64,000 nucleotides of DNA, taken from the NCBI GenBank assembly GCA_038087875.1, contig CM075991.1:3162001-3226000 (forward strand), given 5' to 3'. The stretch is from Malacoraja senta (Eukaryota). Below are positions 59,801 through 64,000 of the stretch, piece by piece (position 1 is the stretch's first letter; each line of letters begins with the position of its first letter). The notes under the pieces were generated by a model. It was not told the origin of the DNA. It made no database searches and was given only the letters and a program-made list of their open reading frames with translations. The position numbers and the translations under genes are program-made.

Positions 59801-62800
59801 GTAAAAGCTTCTTTAGATACGTTAAGGAAAAAAGAGTAGCTAAGTCAAATGTGGGTCCCTTGAAGGCAGACACGGGTGAAATTATTATGGGCAATAAGGA
59901 AATGGCAGAAGAGTCGAATAGGTACTTCGGATCTGTCTTCACTAAGGAAGACAAAAACAATCTCCCAGATGTACTGGAGGACAGAGGATCTAAGAGGGTA
60001 GAGGAACTGAAAGAAATTTCCATTAGGCGAGAAATAGTATTGGGTAGGCTAATGGGACTGAAGGATGATAAATCCCCTGGGCCTGATGGTCTGCATCCCA
60101 GGGTCATCAGGGAGGTGGCTCTAGAAATAGTGGACGCATAGGTGATCATTTTCCAATGTTCAATAGATTCAGGATCAGTTCCTGTGGATTGGAGGATAGC
60201 TAATGTTATCCGACTTTTCAAGAAAGGAGCGAGAGAGAAAACGGGGAATTACAGACCAGTTAGCCTGACTTCGGTGGTGGGAAAGATGCTGGAGTCAATT
60301 ATTAAAGAGGTAATAATGGGGCATTTGGATAGCAGTAAAAGGATTAGTCCAAGTCAACATGGATTTATGAAAGGGAAATCATGCATGACTAATCTTCTGG
60401 AATTTTTTGAGGATGTGACAAGTAAAATGGATGAAGGGGTGCCAGTGGATGTAGTGTATCGACTTTCAGAAAGCCTTTGATAAGATCCTGCACGGGAGAC
60501 TGGTGACTACAATTAAAGCACATGGTATTGGGGGTAGGGTGTTGACATGGATAGAAAATTGGTTGGCAGACCGGAAGCAAAGAGTAGGAGTGAACGGGTC
60601 CTTTTCAGAATGGCAGGCAGTGGTGAGTGGAGTGTTCGGTGCAAGGCTCGGTGTTGGGGCCGCAACTGTTTACCATATATATTAATGATTTGGAAGAGGA
60701 AATTAGGAGCAACACTAGCAAGTCTGCGGATGATACAAAGCTGGGTGGCAGTGTGAACTGTGAAGAGGATGTTAGGAGGTTGCAGGGTGACCTGGACAGG
60801 TTGAGTGACTGGGCAGATGAGTGTCAGATGCAGTATAATATAGATAAATGTGAGGTTATCTACTTTGGCAGCAAAAACAAGGGGCAGATTATTATCTCAA
60901 TGGGGTTAGGTTAGGTAAGGGGGGGGGGGGTACAGCGAGACCTGGGTGTCCTTGTACACCGGTCACTGAAATTTGGCGTGCAGGTACAGCAGGCAGTGAA
61001 GAAAGCTAATGGAATGTTGGCCTTCATAACAAGAGGATTTCAGTATAGGAGTAAAGAGGTTCTTCTGCAGTAGTATAGGGCTCTGGTGAGACCACATCTG
61101 GAGTATTGTGTACAGTTTTGGTCTCCTAATTTGAGGAAGGACATCCTTGTGATTGAGGCAGTGCAGCGTAGGTTCACGAGATTGATCCCTGGGATGGCGG
61201 GACTGTCCTATGAGGAAAGATTGAAAAGACTAGGCTTGTATTCACTGGAGTTTAGAAGGATGAGGGGGCATCTTATAGAAACATATAAAATTATAAAAGG
61301 ACTGGACAAGCTAGATGCAGGAAAAATGTTCCCAATGTTGGGCGAGTCCAGAACCAGGGGCCACAGTCTTAGAATAAAGGGGAGGTCATTTAAGACTGAG
61401 GTGAGAAAAAACTTTTTCACCCACAGAGTTGTGAATTTATGGAATTCCCTGCCACAGAGGGCAGTGGAGGCCAAATCACTGGATGGATTTAAGAGAGAGT
61501 TAGATAGAGCTCTCGGGACTAGTGGAGTCATGGGATATGGGGAGAAGGCAGGCACGGGTTATTGATAGGGGACGATCAGCCATGATCACAATGAATGGCG
61601 GTGCTGGCTCGAAGGGCCGAATGGCCTCCTCCTGCACCTAATTTCTATGTTTCTAAGCTTCAAGTTCTCTTAAATGTTCCTGTCCTGACGATGGAGGGCG
61701 GTAAAATGCCGCGATGTATGTAGGCTTTAGCCCCTTTATGTGAATGCTAACCCACAGCACCTCGCAGTTTGCATCAAGATCTTTTTCTTCAGTAGCAGTA
61801 TACAAGTTCCTAATAGCGATGAATACACCCCCATGGGAGTCCCCTTCCCTGTCTTTTCTAAACACCTGATAGAATGTTGGAAGAATTTCACCGACGGCAA
61901 TGTCTTTGTTCTACCAAGATTCTGTACCGATTATTATGTCTGGGTTTTCCTGGTCTATAAGAGCCTGGAATTCTGCTTTCTTTGCTCTAATGCTCTGGCA
62001 ATTGAGATTAAGAATTGTTTAAGTTTCTTGTTTACTGAGACCAAACTTCATCCTCTTAGGCTATGACTTGGCCCTGGAGTTTTTATTACCACCATTTTAG
62101 CTTTTTTCAGACTTGTGCTGATCACGATCTACTATCGGACTAGATGTCCTAGGGATAGGTGAAGCTGAATCAAGACGAGGTACGATGTCAGAGTCTGCAG
62201 ATATGTTGAGATATTCTAAGCTGTTTGCCAAATTAATGCTTGCCTGGCTAAAAAATGAAGAGTCAAAATTGGGGAGTCCACAGTTGCAGCACACCCATGA
62301 GTACGACGGATGCTCGACATGCACATTATAAATGTGTTCATTCATGCCAGTACAGTTTCTGTGAAACCATGAGTCACATCCCTCACATTCAATTGCCTGT
62401 TGACCATACTTTGCTGCCTTGTTGCATACCATGCACGGGTATTTGGGTTGGTAAGGGCCGGGATTCAATGCTACTTCTCCAACGAGCATGATAATTAAGA
62501 AAGTATAAGTCATTGGTCTTAAATTAATTTTAGTCAGGATCCTCCCTTCCATTGCTGTAGATCTACAAGATGACTGAATAAGAAATTGGAACAAACTCAC
62601 CCAGTCTTCGAAGGTGTTTTCTAGAAGTAAAGGTATAGTCCAGTGCACAGGAAAAGACTGTTCCAATATTTCCAGTAGTGGGTTGTTAGTGATTCTATTC
62701 AGAATCAGTAATGTGGTTGCAATTCATGATGTTTTAGTAGCTCAAACTGTACATGTGCCATGTTGCCATTTGTTGGGTTTCAGTGGTTGAATATCCAAGT

Positions 62801-62913
62801 CCCAATGTAGTGTTAAAAATACATACAACGACGATAATTTACAAGATAGTAATACCTAACAGTCCACAATAAAATGCTAATGTAATTGTACTATTTTCAC
62901 GAAATACTGTAAA
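56874..62913 (-). mobile_element. Single-ORF CR1/L2-group LINE: 2A-like - PHD - APE - RT, decayed
   Basis: GEVALNPGP then PHD-like CMVC..CEGC..HRNC..CCNC (62097..62666); APE GGVFIA, YRPP, LGDF, SDH; RT GVPQGTVIGP, LFADD; C-terminal YKSLVRPKLEY. ATTCT flanks both ends (56869-73, 62914-18). Confidence 0.88.
59406..61655 (+). mobile_element. 5'-truncated CR1 inserted into the APE domain of the 2A-PHD LINE
   Basis: ORF pieces 59395..60141, 60142..60480, 60627..60914 and 61086..61565 plus tail; removal rejoins host RELEA|SLSKIPK in frame. Confidence 0.93.
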
Positions 62914-63140
62914 ATTCTATTCTGACTACGAGTGCTGTTCGTACGGAGTTTGCACGTTCTTCCTGTGACCACATGTTTTTTATCCGGGTGTTCCGGTATT
63001 CTCAAACATTCCAAACACGTACAGGTTTGTCGGTTAATTAGCTTCTGTAAATTGTCCCGACTATGTAGGATAGAGATAGTCGTCGCTGGTTGTCACGGAC
63101 TCATTGGACATAAGGGCCTATTTCCATGCTGTTTCTAGAG
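62914..63140 (+). mobile_element. HE1/V-SINE-like body and tail (continuation of 56815-56873)
   Basis: CTGACTACGAGTGCTG..GGAGTTTGCACGTTCT core and GGGCCTATTTCCATGCTGT tail. Confidence 0.72.
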
Positions 63141-64000
63141 ATACAGTTACATCTCTGGTTTTGAGATACAGAGATACAGAGAGAACTCAGAGAGAAGTAG
63201 GTGCATTTTAATGTGTTTTATTGGGAATCCGATTGCTACTGGTTAGGGCAGCATTTATTGCCTGTCCGTAATCGTCTGAGAAAAGGTGGAGTTAAAACAT
63301 CCTCTTGAGCCGCTGTATTTTGGGTGGCAGTGTTGCACCATTTGCTGCAGTGTTTCGTTTAGATTAGTTTACAGATATAACTGGCCCTTCAGCCCACCAA
63401 GTCCACACCGACGTTGCTGAGGGAGAGGTCCCACTCCGCAGTAAGGTGAGGATCGTTGGATACTTTAGTGTGAACTTCACACTGTCCCAGTCCTGTTCTT
63501 TTCTATGTATTTTTATAGATTCAGCTTTTTGTGTCTATCTTTGGGTTAAACCAGCATCTGCATTTCCTTCCTACACTGTCTTTTCTATGTTCTATGTACT
63601 GAAGGAAGATGTCAGAAAGCTCGCAGGGTGCTGGTTACTCTTCAGATTGTACATATCCTCTCGGCCTTTTAGCAAAGAACAATTATAGTATCTGTTCTGA
63701 TCAGTGAGCTGAGTCAGAGGTGGATCCATGCTGATTGGGGGACTTCATGATGTCCTTACATAAATAAAATGCTTCATACAGAATACACTCTCCCATGGAC
63801 TGAAAAACAGAATATGAAAATCTATTAAGGAAACTGTCATGCTCTGCAAACATTAGCAGCTCACAGCATTCTCTGTTTCAGTTTCTCAGTGAAGTCTTTT
63901 TAAGTTCTACTTCAGATGTTTGCTGTACATTTTAGCATTTCATAAACCTGGTTTTCAAAGTATGTATATGATAATCCAGCACAAAATCAATAATTTGGCA

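Noticed and set aside
38585..63140. tRNA genes suggested by A/B-box-like motifs
   Set aside because: They are degenerate SINE heads followed by SINE bodies; no cloverleaf can be folded.

Overview
Eukaryotic, repeat-rich vertebrate DNA. The HE1-like and Deu-domain SINEs and the CR1 and Penelope families suggest a cartilaginous fish such as a skate or ray; this is an inference. One host gene is supported on the + strand (13909-~33093). It is a CD163/WC1/SCART-family group B scavenger receptor: six single-exon SRCR domains, a transmembrane exon and four cytoplasmic exons. All are joined by phase-1 GT-AG introns into about 837 open codons, with WC1-like YEEI, YYT and YDDA tyrosine motifs; its signal-peptide exon is not visible. 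The rest is mostly nested transposable elements: a decayed BEL/Pao element, several CR1 LINEs, a solo LTR, Penelope-like elements with hammerhead-ribozyme motifs, a young integrase-deleted Gypsy element, an IR/DR Tc1 transposon, an L2 fragment, SINEs, and a single-ORF LINE with a 2A-like NPGP motif plus a PHD finger. One CR1 carries an 11 x 63-bp array at its ORF1 start. No CRISPR array, tRNA gene or rRNA gene was found. All coordinates and alignments were read by eye.
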